Virus record (IMG/VR): IMGVR_UViG_3300050014_000823
Coordinates: 62,001-126,000 of that record
Length of the DNA: 64,000 nucleotides
Reading direction: 5' to 3' (one strand)
Shown: positions 34,330 through 43,725 of the stretch, piece by piece
Numbering within the stretch: position 1 is the stretch's first letter
Layout of the letters: every line of letters starts with the position of its first letter
Program-made: the position numbers and the translations under genes
Notes under the pieces: generated by a model
What the model was told of the DNA's origin: nothing
Seen by the model: only the letters and a program-made list of their open reading frames with translations
Database searches by the model: none

Positions 34330-34490
34330 TAAAAAACCAGTTCATTTATCCACTGGCAAGTTAGGTTTAGTTGCCAACTTTCCTTTGTGACGGTGCTTCC
34401 TTTATCTGGTATACCAGACCACAAAATTGAGCATGTTATCCGTCATTTCAACACGCAGCTATCGTGTTAGTAATCGAGCGCAAGATAATA
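34330..34490 (-). ncRNA. Putative structured leader RNA ending in an intrinsic terminator
   Basis: Hairpins AACACG/CGTGTT, TGACGG/CCGTCA, TCTGG/CCAGA, TGGCAA/TTGCCA, then CCAGT/ACTGG-TTTTTT. Confidence 0.4.
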
Positions 34491-34532
34491 ATTCGAAAAT
34501 TAATATCCAAGTATTTATATAAAAATTTTCAT

Positions 34533-35360
34533 ATGAAACCAAATTTTAGTGAATCTGAATATCAAAACGCCAAATCAGAAGAATTATTATCTTGTTTATG
34601 TTATTCTTGTAATAACTCATTTAAAACATTTAAAAAAAATATAACCAGAGAATTAAATCACAATATGGAAATAAATAAATTTTGTTCAAAAAAATGTCAA
34701 GGAGTATATTATACTAACAAAAACACTATCAAAACAAAATGTAAATGTTGTAATTCCGAAATGACTATACCATTATCTCAATATAAAAATTCTGAATCGG
34801 GAAATAATTTTTGTTCACGTAGTTGTAACGCAACATATAATAGTCCACAAAGAATTTATAATAGTAGAATCAAAACTAACTGCAAAAATTGTAATAAAGA
34901 AATTAATGTAATATTTTCAGTTCATAAAAAATCAAAATCTGGAAATCATTTTTGTTCACAGTCTTGTGCTGGTACGTATAATAATACGCATAAAACTAAG
35001 GGTAATCGTAGGTCTAAACTTGAAAAATATCTTGAAGAACAATTAATTTTATTATATCCAGATTTGGAGATATTATTTAATGATAAAAATATTATTAATT
35101 CTGAATTAGATATTTATATTTCCGAATTTAAAGTTGCTTTTGAACTTAACGGTATTTTTCATTATGAACCAATATATGGTCAGAAAACATTAGGAAATAT
35201 TCAAAATAATGATAATCGTAAATTTCAAGCATGTTTAGAAAAAAGTATTGAATTATGCATCATAGATACTTCTCAGCAAAAATATTTTAAAGAAGAATCA
35301 TCCCAAAAATATTTGAACATTATTAAAATAATTATTGATAGTAAATTCAAAAAATTTTGA
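34533..35360 (+). CDS. Zinc-ribbon repeat plus Vsr/Hef-like endonuclease
   Basis: CxxC..FCS..C repeats; ELDIY..AFELNGIFHY. Confidence 0.75.
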   Translation: MKPNFSESEYQNAKSEELLSCLCYSCNNSFKTFKKNITRELNHNMEINKFCSKKCQGVYYTNKNTIKTKCKCCNSEMTIPLSQYKNSESGNNFCSRSCNATYNSPQRIYNSRIKTNCKNCNKEINVIFSVHKKSKSGNHFCSQSCAGTYNNTHKTKGNRRSKLEKYLEEQLILLYPDLEILFNDKNIINSELDIYISEFKVAFELNGIFHYEPIYGQKTLGNIQNNDNRKFQACLEKSIELCIIDTSQQKYFKEESSQKYLNIIKIIIDSKFKKF

Positions 35361-35464
35361 GCGCAGTGAGGGATTCGAACCCCCCTGTCCAGTAAATTGG
35401 TGCACCATTTCTTCTGTCAACCACATCTTCCCGATGTGTGCCTTCCCCATTAGACTTACTGCGC
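35360..35464 (-). tRNA. Atypical tRNA-like RNA (anticodon GGA, Ser-like) with very long variable arm
   Basis: Acceptor GCGCAGT/ACTGCGC, D arm GTCT/AGGC, anticodon arm CACAT-CGGGAAG-ATGTG, T arm GGGGG-TTCGAAT-CCCTC. Confidence 0.7.
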
Positions 35465-35473
35465 ATAAAAAAA

Positions 35474-35733
35474 TCTTTCTGACCGTTCCAAGTACGGAAT
35501 AGCTTTTCAGTCCGTTTGTCCATTTGAACGAATTCATTTGGGGTCTGTGTGGGTCTCCGGATGCGCATTGTGAAGAGGCGTGAGTCCCTACTGCTACCTT
35601 TCAGTAAACACCGTCCTCTTGGAAGGACATACAAGGCGACCACAGGTTCAACTGTCAGGAATTTCAAGTGTTTACGGGGACGAATCCCCCTCCCGTGCTT
35701 AAACAACCTTGCTGTTTACCTACAGCAGAAAGA
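35474..35733 (-). ncRNA. Unclassified ~260-nt structured RNA
   Basis: GC-rich; closing stem TCTTTCTG/CAGAAAGA; several internal hairpins; promoter and boxA upstream. Confidence 0.6.
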
Positions 35734-35737
35734 AGTA

Positions 35738-35763
35738 TTTTCAAAGAACATCGTACAAATGTA
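35738..35763 (-). promoter_or_regulatory. Bacteroidota -7 element (TACATTTG) followed by boxA-like GTTCTTTGAAAA
   Basis: Minus strand TACATTTGTACGATGTTCTTTGAAAA. Confidence 0.6.
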
Positions 35764-36152
35764 GTAATTATTCTAACAAGTTCGATATATATTTAATAGT
35801 TTCTTCACATTTTGGTATTTCTTTTTCAATCAACTTCTTCAACTTGCCTTTCAAGTCTTCTTTTTCTTCCTTGAAGTAGAGTTTGAGAAGCGACAGGAGA
35901 TTATACGAAGGTGTGAGTTTGTTGCGAATATCTGCACCAACAGTACTTGAATCTCGTATTTCATACATTTCGAATTCTACAAGTTCAAGGTCATCCAAAT
36001 CAAATTGGTCCGGAAGTGCTTCATACTTTGCATAGTATTCTCTCAAACCTTCCATAGTAGCAGTCAATGGCTGTGTGTGAGGTAGGTTACAAGTATACAT
36101 TATCATGGTATTAGCCATAATATCAATGATGACGAACTCTTTAGGTTCTCTT

Positions 36153-36362
36153 TTAGTTTGTAGTGCCTTGAATTTCATATGGTTGAGTATTTTTGAAAAT
36201 ATAAACATCGTAAATTGCATCACGTAAATGATTCAGTGCTTTTTCCTCAGTTTCACCCTCTGCAATTATTTCCGGGAATTCTTTGAAAAAGGCAGTAAAC
36301 CCACCAATTTTTGGGTCTTCCACAAATATGGGAGTTAATGGTATGGTTACAAGTGCTATCAT
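36153..36362 (-). CDS. HicB-like antitoxin domain protein
   Basis: DPKIGGFTAFFKEFPEIIAEGETEEKALNHLRDAI. Confidence 0.75.
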   Translation of the reverse strand: MIALVTIPLTPIFVEDPKIGGFTAFFKEFPEIIAEGETEEKALNHLRDAIYDVYIFKNTQPYEIQGTTN

Positions 36363-36703
36363 TGTTTGAATGTTATGGTTGTTCTTGTTGTTTTTAAACC
36401 TAATTCAACTGCATGCTTTTTTATTGTGCCGTAAAACGAACTCCAAATAATCTGAACCACATACGCAAATGCATTGTCGCTCTTTGTGGGGTCGTAATGT
36501 ATGCAATGTTTACAAGCTGCAACATATGCCTCTGATTCACAGAGAATTTTTATGTTATCGCTTATGCATTTATACCTTGTCTTTGGCGTTTCAAGCCAAA
36601 CAACTTCCATAAGAAGTCTTTTTAAATCGAGAGTCAGTACATCGGTTGCCCGATAGTTAATTATCTCCATCCGTAATGCGGTGTTTAGTTTATCTGATGT
36701 CAT
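36359..36703 (-). CDS. Short gp55-like sigma-factor region-2 protein
   Basis: HYDPTKSDNAFAYVVQIIWSSF resembles the gp55-family FDP.KS.N.FAY.TQI motif. Confidence 0.55.
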   Translation of the reverse strand: MTSDKLNTALRMEIINYRATDVLTLDLKRLLMEVVWLETPKTRYKCISDNIKILCESEAYVAACKHCIHYDPTKSDNAFAYVVQIIWSSFYGTIKKHAVELGLKTTRTTITFKQ

Positions 36704-37547
36704 GTATTCCTGAGTTTTTTATTATTGGATTTTCTTTGAATTCTTTTATCCTGTCACCCAAACAAATGAGTTGAGCCATCATGAAATCACCATCAACGTT
36801 TTCATCCAAAAGACTGATGATTTTCTTACAAGTCTGTGATAGATTGTCAATGTTTTCTTTGGTAAAAGTCTTTTCCATGTTATTTTATTATTTCTTTTTT
36901 AATTCTGAAACTCTGTCCTGCAACTTTCGCATTGGCTTTCATTTCATCACGTAATTTATGCCCGATTCTCTCACAAGCAATCAGTGCATCAACACAATGC
37001 GACAAATCTTCTTTATACTCTCTGTCACTGACAACCACATTACCTTCCCAAACGTTCCTGCCAGGTTGATTGAAACCTTCAATCATTCGTAGTTCGACAG
37101 TAACAATCAAGTCCTTCAACTCTTTGTCAACGGTATAGTCGAGTTTGTATATTCCCTTTAGAACCATTATTCGCAATTATAACCATTTAACTTATCACAC
37201 ATGTCCTTGGCAGTTTTTTCACCTTCAAGTTCTTCCGTGATAGTCCACCAAAAGAACACACCTTTCTTCTGAACAACATAACGAAGTTCTGAACTATTCC
37301 AAGTATCACGTACTTTTGCATGCACCCTGTACTTTAAATGTCTTTTTTCTTCCATATTAGATATTGTCAATTTTTACCGTAATAAATTCTTTACCGTCTT
37401 CGTACTTACCTGCACTGATAGCATAAAGCATAGTGCCGGGAGTCTTAATGAGTTTCACAATATGGTCCTTGTCGGTAAAGACAGTACCTTTATAATATGT
37501 CTCTTGATAGATGACATTGGTTGCGGGGTCTTTTTTCTTTGCCATGA

Positions 37548-38924
37548 TTATAGTGATGAAGATTCGTTAATTTCAATACACTCAGCCAAAGTATTGGCTA
37601 TAGTTTTATCGTCTCTGAAATGCTTGTAAACAGGGTGTAGTGTGGAATAGTTTCCCTTACTGTCCTGTGAAAGACCACTGCATTTGATTTCAACAATCTT
37701 ACCCATTAACACGCCTTGGTTGGCTGTAATATAGTCCATTTCGTCTTCGTCAATTCCCTGTGGTTTAGTCTTTAACAGACCATCCTCAGATTCAACATTG
37801 AGACTTGATATCAGATGCTCATTTTTAGTTCCTACTGTGCCATAGTTGAAACCGACAACACGTAAGTCCAAGTTCATTTCTTTCTTAACCTTAATCTGGT
37901 ATGAAGGTTTGGTATCTGCCCATACACCGTCCATGCTCTTGACAACAGTTCCTTCACCATTGCGTTTGAGAATTTCTTCGAAGTGTGCCATAACCTCTTC
38001 TAAGGTACTGACTTCTCTTGTCTCAACGACAGATACTGTCTTGAATCCCTGTACAGTGGCGTTCAAATCAGCAAGTCTTTCTTTGTATTTTCTCTTACAG
38101 GTACGGGTGAAGTATTCGTCAACGGTCAAGATATCCCATGCAGTAACACGAATTAAGTCCAATGCTTCCCTGTATGGCAGGTGTTTGGTTTCGAGTTTTA
38201 CTATGTCTTTTCTTGGGTCTTCACCTGCAGCTCTTTTAGTAGCGATGCTTATCAGTGATGAAACAATTCCGTTACTTTCATATCGTGGAAGACCTTCCAT
38301 TGTTAACTCAGCATTAATAACACAATCTTTCAACTGTGATAATTCTGAGAGGAAGTACGGTCCTTCTAAAATTGTTGGTTCACCTTGACGAGATTCCATC
38401 ATAACTTCACCGCCTTGAATAACGATGTTGACGAATCTGCCGTCCATTTTTTCCTGGCTGTAGCACTTGCCTTTAGCCAATAATTTAGTAATAAGTTCCT
38501 TTGAATAAGGTTTACAACCCATGTAACCTGTCTTCTCAATTAAGTCCGGAATGACTTTGTTAATATTACGAGTACCAATATTCATCTTACAGTCTTTTTC
38601 AATGACTCTTTCGATAATATATCTGTCGTCAGGAAGCAGGTTTTCGAGAATTTTCTGTAAATGTTGAATGGCAGCATTACCACTGATTTCTCTTGCACTC
38701 AAAGGTGACAAGGCATCCAATGCCATATCAAGGGTAGTAACATAAAACGGTGTACCGTGATTATATTCGGGAATCTGTTTGATGTAGAACTTAACTCGTT
38801 TAGAGTTAGCCATGTATAGCACACGTACAAGAAGTTCCATATCTTTGTATTTTGAGAGGATGTTCATCTTCTCGTTGGTGCTCGATTCACGGGCAATTTC
38901 GTCAAAAATCTGTTTGATTGTCAT
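37548..38924 (-). CDS. lig: ATP-dependent DNA ligase (T4 gp30-like)
   Basis: EKMDGRF, SRQG, AEL, WD, EGTVVK, KVK, C-terminal OB fold HPVY..RDDK. Confidence 0.92.
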   Translation of the reverse strand: MTIKQIFDEIARESSTNEKMNILSKYKDMELLVRVLYMANSKRVKFYIKQIPEYNHGTPFYVTTLDMALDALSPLSAREISGNAAIQHLQKILENLLPDDRYIIERVIEKDCKMNIGTRNINKVIPDLIEKTGYMGCKPYSKELITKLLAKGKCYSQEKMDGRFVNIVIQGGEVMMESRQGEPTILEGPYFLSELSQLKDCVINAELTMEGLPRYESNGIVSSLISIATKRAAGEDPRKDIVKLETKHLPYREALDLIRVTAWDILTVDEYFTRTCKRKYKERLADLNATVQGFKTVSVVETREVSTLEEVMAHFEEILKRNGEGTVVKSMDGVWADTKPSYQIKVKKEMNLDLRVVGFNYGTVGTKNEHLISSLNVESEDGLLKTKPQGIDEDEMDYITANQGVLMGKIVEIKCSGLSQDSKGNYSTLHPVYKHFRDDKTIANTLAECIEINESSSL

Positions 38925-38947
38925 AATAGTTTCTTTAAGTATATTGT

Positions 38948-38977
38948 ATTATACGTAATTAATTCAAAAAGGTTTCT
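38948..38977 (-). promoter_or_regulatory. Phage promoter motif (degenerate upstream box)
   Basis: attatacgtaattaattcaaaaaggtttct. Confidence 0.6.
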
Positions 38978-39196
38978 AATATTCCCATTTTTTTCCGAGA
39001 ATTTTTCTCGTAATTCCATTACCTGTGCTTCTCAGTAGAATCCAGATAACTAAAAGCGGGAAGAATACTGCTGACAATACTCTCTCGTATTCATTGCTGA
39101 TGTTGATTCCTTCTACTTGGTCAAGTAAGTTGCCAAGCACGATACCTATAAGCAGGTATACGATAATGCCTAAAATAATTAATGTCGTAATCATAG

Positions 39197-39961
39197 TTAA
39201 AAATTTATAAATAAGTATTCTCTGAACCATCTGTGAAACATCTTCGGAAGTATCCGCAAGTCTGCAAAACCATAAAGTCCGCAGGAGAAGAAATCATGTG
39301 CCTCTATAATAAAGGTATCGCCTAAATGGTCCACAAATTTATCAGTATCTTTAATCCCGATATCAAGTGTATAGGCGATTGGCGCATTTTCGTCTTTCTC
39401 ATATTTGGCAATCATTTCCATGAGTATTGGCATATACGGGAATAGTGTGAAGTCACCAGCATAATTCTGTAAACCAACGAGTTTTCCCTCATATACGAAT
39501 GCACGCCATTCACTGTCAATATCAATTGTTTCGGAAATCTGATAATTGCCTTCTGGGACATCAATATCGTCATCAACAATCTGACAAAATCCTTTAATTT
39601 GGTCGTTGGATTTTACGAATTTTTTCCCGACAATTTCTTTTTCTGTGCCATTAAATACAAAGCGTTTTGTGTATTTAAAGTCGAGTAATTCTTCCGGGAT
39701 ATTAATGGGTTCAACAGGGTAGCCATAAAAGTGGTTAATGAACTCTGAGACAAACTCTACCGAACCAATTGGCACATAGCCTTTATGAAATTTTTTGAAC
39801 TCTAATTTTGTGAACTTGCCAGAGTAAAACTCTGTATTAATGAACTTATATTTAATTTCTTTGTTGTTGTGAAACCAATTGCAATATTCAATGGCTTCAA
39901 GTAGCGTAAATGCGAAGTCATGTTTGACCTCTTTAAAACATTTTTGTATTAAGAATTTCAT
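39197..39961 (-). CDS. ATP-grasp protein (DUF4343/R2K-like)
   Basis: PIGSVEFV, FVKS, SEWRAFV, TLDIG, IEAHDFFSCGLYG. Confidence 0.8.
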   Translation of the reverse strand: MKFLIQKCFKEVKHDFAFTLLEAIEYCNWFHNNKEIKYKFINTEFYSGKFTKLEFKKFHKGYVPIGSVEFVSEFINHFYGYPVEPINIPEELLDFKYTKRFVFNGTEKEIVGKKFVKSNDQIKGFCQIVDDDIDVPEGNYQISETIDIDSEWRAFVYEGKLVGLQNYAGDFTLFPYMPILMEMIAKYEKDENAPIAYTLDIGIKDTDKFVDHLGDTFIIEAHDFFSCGLYGFADLRILPKMFHRWFREYLFINF

Positions 39962-40000
39962 ATTTGTATAAATTTTATCACACAAATGTAATGATAAATT

Positions 40001-41131
40001 TTAATTATGCAAGAATCCTTTGTCCGATTCGCTAACTTTAACATTAAATATTCCCAACCAATTAGCTAATTGTGTAGGATAGAGGCTTTGCAACACTCCT
40101 TGTTTCGTTACAGGTATGATACTTTCTTGAACTTGGTCCAGACAAGTGAAAACAATTGTTTTCTTAGAGTCGGGATTATGATACTTATCACACTTTAATG
40201 CATATTTAAGCAGGTCGTAATCCAATACAGACTTTCTGAAAATTCCTTGATATCCTGTGTCAACATTTGTCTCTTTTGGATTTGGAGTAATATAGCTGAT
40301 ATCCATACCCTCATTGGTCATTGGACCATTACCGTGACGTGTCTGATAGGCACGAGTAACATAATAGGTTTCAATAGCTTTATCGGTCAGACCGTTGTTA
40401 CGAATGAATTCCATTGCATTTCTGGAAGTACAGTAGCTTCTCGTGACGTTTGGGAAGAAGCCGTATTGCATATCAAGCAAAATGCCCTGTCCACCTTCAA
40501 AGATTAAGTCACAACCAAATTTGTCGAGTTGTTTGAAACTTTCAACAATATCGTATTTTTCAACAAATTGTGTACAGGCATCAACAAAATTATCGTAGTA
40601 CTGTTGTGCTTTTGAGTTTAATGGAGTCGTATATTTATAATAATTCATGATGGCTTTGAGTTTAGCATCACGAATTACAGGAAATAACAAATCCCGGACA
40701 TACAGATGATAATGGTCTTCGTTTCTCTGAATGGTATTGCCAAAACCTACACCAACAGTACCGTGACCATTGGATAAATCGTGGTTGATGTTCTGTATTA
40801 TATCAAATGGAGTAGTAACCATTGCATTGGCATTGTAATAGACTTTAGGCACAATACCATAATCGACAAGTGCCCGACCTTCCTTAATAACAGCAACAGG
40901 ATTTACGGTGCAATATTCAGTCCAATAAGTCGGTACACCTTTAAGGCTACCACTACCAAAGTTTGAAAATGCATGAAGTAGGTCACCTTCTCGGACAGTA
41001 TGTCCAACTTGATGTCCACCATTGAATCTTACAACTAATGAACCCGAAGGTTGATTCTTGCAAAGCGAATTAACAGTTGCACCTTTACCTTCATCACCAT
41101 ATCCAAGACCGACTACCACCATGATTTTCAT
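40001..41131 (-). CDS. purA: Divergent adenylosuccinate synthetase-like protein
   Basis: GYGDEGKG, RFNGGHQVGHTV, FEGGQGILLD, TRAYQTRHGNGP. Confidence 0.85.
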   Translation of the reverse strand: MKIMVVVGLGYGDEGKGATVNSLCKNQPSGSLVVRFNGGHQVGHTVREGDLLHAFSNFGSGSLKGVPTYWTEYCTVNPVAVIKEGRALVDYGIVPKVYYNANAMVTTPFDIIQNINHDLSNGHGTVGVGFGNTIQRNEDHYHLYVRDLLFPVIRDAKLKAIMNYYKYTTPLNSKAQQYYDNFVDACTQFVEKYDIVESFKQLDKFGCDLIFEGGQGILLDMQYGFFPNVTRSYCTSRNAMEFIRNNGLTDKAIETYYVTRAYQTRHGNGPMTNEGMDISYITPNPKETNVDTGYQGIFRKSVLDYDLLKYALKCDKYHNPDSKKTIVFTCLDQVQESIIPVTKQGVLQSLYPTQLANWLGIFNVKVSESDKGFLHN

Positions 41132-41135
41132 ATTC

Positions 41136-41879
41136 TTATGTTTTTAATTTATATTTCCAAATATATTTACCGGATGTTTTTATTCTTCCTTTTAAACAAG
41201 CACAAATGCTGCTTTTATTAATGTTTAATTTTTTTGATGCTTCAATAATGCCATTCCAATTACGTATAAATTTTTCATTTAAGTCATATTGTGAAATTTT
41301 CACTAATATTTGTTTTCTTTGTTTTTCAATTTCTTTTTTTGTTTTCTTTCTTCCTAATTGCGATTTATTGTGTCCACTAATAAATCTTTTTGAAGATGTA
41401 ATCATACAAATGAAAGATTTTTGACAACCACAAACACAAATTCTTTCTTCACGTGGAATATATCGTGGACTATCTTTGCCTGATTTATGATGACAAATGG
41501 GACAATCACAATCTACTTTATGTCCTCTTTCTTCTGTTGTTTGACCAATATGTGCCAATGACATATTCAATTTTGATTTATCCGTATGTTTCACACCTAA
41601 AGGACTACCTGCAATTTTTGCAAAATTAAATGTTGGAGATAAATTGTCAATCCAATACTGTTCTCTTGTAATTAAATTTTCTTTTTTATCTACAACCTCA
41701 ATAATTTCAAAAATAAATGCATCTTCACCATATTTATTCCAAGAATTTTGAATAAATTGATTTTTATGTTTATTTTTTCTCAAAGAACTAATATGACCCC
41801 ATTTTCGATTTTTAAAATTAACTGCTGAACCAATATAGAAGTCATTTGTTATTAAATTGGTTATTTTATAAATTACCAT
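41136..41879 (-). CDS. GIY-YIG homing endonuclease (NUMOD1)
   Basis: VIYKITN..YIGSA..R, REQYWID, C-terminal NUMOD1. Confidence 0.9.
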   Translation of the reverse strand: MVIYKITNLITNDFYIGSAVNFKNRKWGHISSLRKNKHKNQFIQNSWNKYGEDAFIFEIIEVVDKKENLITREQYWIDNLSPTFNFAKIAGSPLGVKHTDKSKLNMSLAHIGQTTEERGHKVDCDCPICHHKSGKDSPRYIPREERICVCGCQKSFICMITSSKRFISGHNKSQLGRKKTKKEIEKQRKQILVKISQYDLNEKFIRNWNGIIEASKKLNINKSSICACLKGRIKTSGKYIWKYKLKT

Positions 41880-42479
41880 AATACATATATTTCATATAAA
41901 TACTACGGAAATCAAAACCTAACACAATTTAAATATTTTCATATAAACTTATTTCCTCACCATAAAGCCATCAGAATATTTTTCCGAAATTACAGTTATT
42001 AACATTTGAACATCCCTACCACAACATTTTCCACTTTTTAAAGTATTAATAAAATGTTCTACGCCATTTGCATCTACAACTGCTATAATGTTTTCATCTG
42101 AATTAGCATAATCTTCTAAATCACTTGATATTGTTGAATCTTCAAATGCTCCATTATCTGCACATGAAAACATAGTTTGTGAACCAAAATATTCTTGTAG
42201 TTTGGTATCTTTTAATTTACATAAATAATAACCCATATATTATTCTTTTTTAAGTTCAACCATGATTTTACCCGCACGTAATGGGCACTCAGGATGTAAG
42301 TAGGGTTTACTGTGGTAAACAAGATTTTCTGCTTTCTGGTCAAAGTACAGACCATCTTTAACAGCATTGCAGTTTGAGGTTAACATTTCATCCTGTAACT
42401 CGTAGAAAGGACATTCTCTTCCACAAAACTCTACCTTTATAATTTCATTGATAAGTTTGGACATACAATAATTTTCTCG

Positions 42480-42509
42480 ATTATACGTAAATAAAAATAA
42501 AATGTTACA
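42480..42509 (-). promoter_or_regulatory. Phage promoter motif TGTAAC-N18-TATAAT
   Basis: attatacgtaaataaaaataaaatgttaca. Confidence 0.8.
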
Positions 42510-42545
42510 AAAAAAGGGACATATTTTCACATGTCCCTTTTTTTT
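42509..42545 (-). terminator. Intrinsic terminator
   Basis: A7-GGGACAT..ATGTCCC-T8. Confidence 0.8.
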
Positions 42546-42557
42546 GATTAAGCCGGA

Positions 42558-43475
42558 TTAAAGTTTAATTATACCTTCGTCACCTGCTGCAACGATTGTT
42601 GTCGTTACTTTTGCAAGTGCGTTAGTTACCATACCTGCGGTATGTGCATCAAACTTACTCGTAACTGTTTTGATATCAACACCATGCTGTACAGCGATTA
42701 ATGTTGCAATAGTTGCGCAAATTGCGTGGTAATCGTTCAGCACGATAAGCCTTTCGCCAACCATATCATTCCAGTAATTCAGAATCCTTGGGTCGTCACG
42801 ATAAGAACCTTCGTTTACGTGAATGTGGTAAACGTTATAGAGTCTCTGTGCTTCTTCAAGAACCTGTTTGTCGGTAATCTCTTCATCCTGGTTGTAACCC
42901 AAAATGACTTTGAGTCTGTCTGAACTTACACAATCCCAACTTTTTTCGTCACCGATGGTGAAAAGAAAGCCTTTCTGATTACGTTTTTCGAAGCAGTCGA
43001 TTGAGGTATGACGACCTGCAACAAGCCAAGCAAGAAGATATGATTCCCTGTCCTGTGCACCGCCACCACGTTGAAGTGCGATACCTGTCAGCCATTTATC
43101 AAGTTCCTCTGTTCCAGATTCGAATTGACCAACCTGAATCGGAGTATCAATGCAATGATGGTCATTGATTGTGCCGAAAAGAACCTGTGGATGCTGTACA
43201 CCATTGTCAATGATAGTGTTCATGAGGGTCGGAAGTTCGTTTTTAACAACGTCTTCGGGTATTCTACCCATACTTCCGGTATCATCAAGAAATACCATAA
43301 TTGCGAGAGATTCGGGATGAATATCACTGTCACGTGATTCCCTTACTGTAAGATTTACTGGAAGCATGTCGGTATTTGCAGTTTTACTGAAAATATCGTC
43401 AGCATCCTTACTTGCATAACCCTTACTTGAAGACAAGTTGGTGTATGCGTCATCTGACCATTTACTGTAACCCAT
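42558..43475 (-). CDS. vWA-like (MIDAS) domain protein
   Basis: VFLDDTGSMG, GQFES, GGG..ESY, FTIGDE; start MGYSKWS. Confidence 0.8.
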   Translation of the reverse strand: MGYSKWSDDAYTNLSSSKGYASKDADDIFSKTANTDMLPVNLTVRESRDSDIHPESLAIMVFLDDTGSMGRIPEDVVKNELPTLMNTIIDNGVQHPQVLFGTINDHHCIDTPIQVGQFESGTEELDKWLTGIALQRGGGAQDRESYLLAWLVAGRHTSIDCFEKRNQKGFLFTIGDEKSWDCVSSDRLKVILGYNQDEEITDKQVLEEAQRLYNVYHIHVNEGSYRDDPRILNYWNDMVGERLIVLNDYHAICATIATLIAVQHGVDIKTVTSKFDAHTAGMVTNALAKVTTTIVAAGDEGIIKL

Positions 43476-43479
43476 GTGT

Positions 43480-43650
43480 TTACTCTGTTTTAGAGGTTTC
43501 CACGTTATCAGTCGTAACTTCTGTTGCAACTTCTGTTGCTACCTCTGTTTTGACTTCTGTTTCTGCTGTTTTTGCTACTTCAGGTGCAGAATCCTGTGCT
43601 TCAGCCATTTCTTCGAATGACCCAAGATTTGAGAACTTGTCTAATCCCAT
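43480..43650 (-). CDS. 56-aa acidic low-complexity peptide with TEVA repeats
   Basis: Manual translation MGLDKFSNLGSFEEMAEAQDSAPEVAKTAETEVKTEVATEVATEVTTDNVETSKTE. Confidence 0.65.
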   Translation of the reverse strand: MGLDKFSNLGSFEEMAEAQDSAPEVAKTAETEVKTEVATEVATEVTTDNVETSKTE

Positions 43651-43725
43651 GTTTGATAAAAATTAATTGTTAGTACTAAAAATAATTATTTCAAAAAACA
43701 AATGTATATATTAAATTTTAATTTC

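Noticed and set aside
35347-35706. 119-aa ORF and other ORFs over the GC-rich island
   Set aside because: They overlap a clear tRNA-like fold and stems, have atypical composition and no motifs; treated as spurious.
35360-35733. tmRNA, RNase P or SRP RNA
   Set aside because: The acceptor stem closes within 105 nt, there is no G3-U70 alanine identity or tag ORF, and no GAGGAAAGUCC or SRP domain-IV consensus.
40001-41131. PurZ (2-aminoadenine Z-genome pathway)
   Set aside because: The catalytic Asp of GDEGKG is retained (PurZ has Ser there), and no adjacent dATPase/MazZ-like genes are evident.
43510-43570. 12-bp repeats as regulatory DNA
   Set aside because: Explained by the coding TEVA repeats of the 56-aa peptide.
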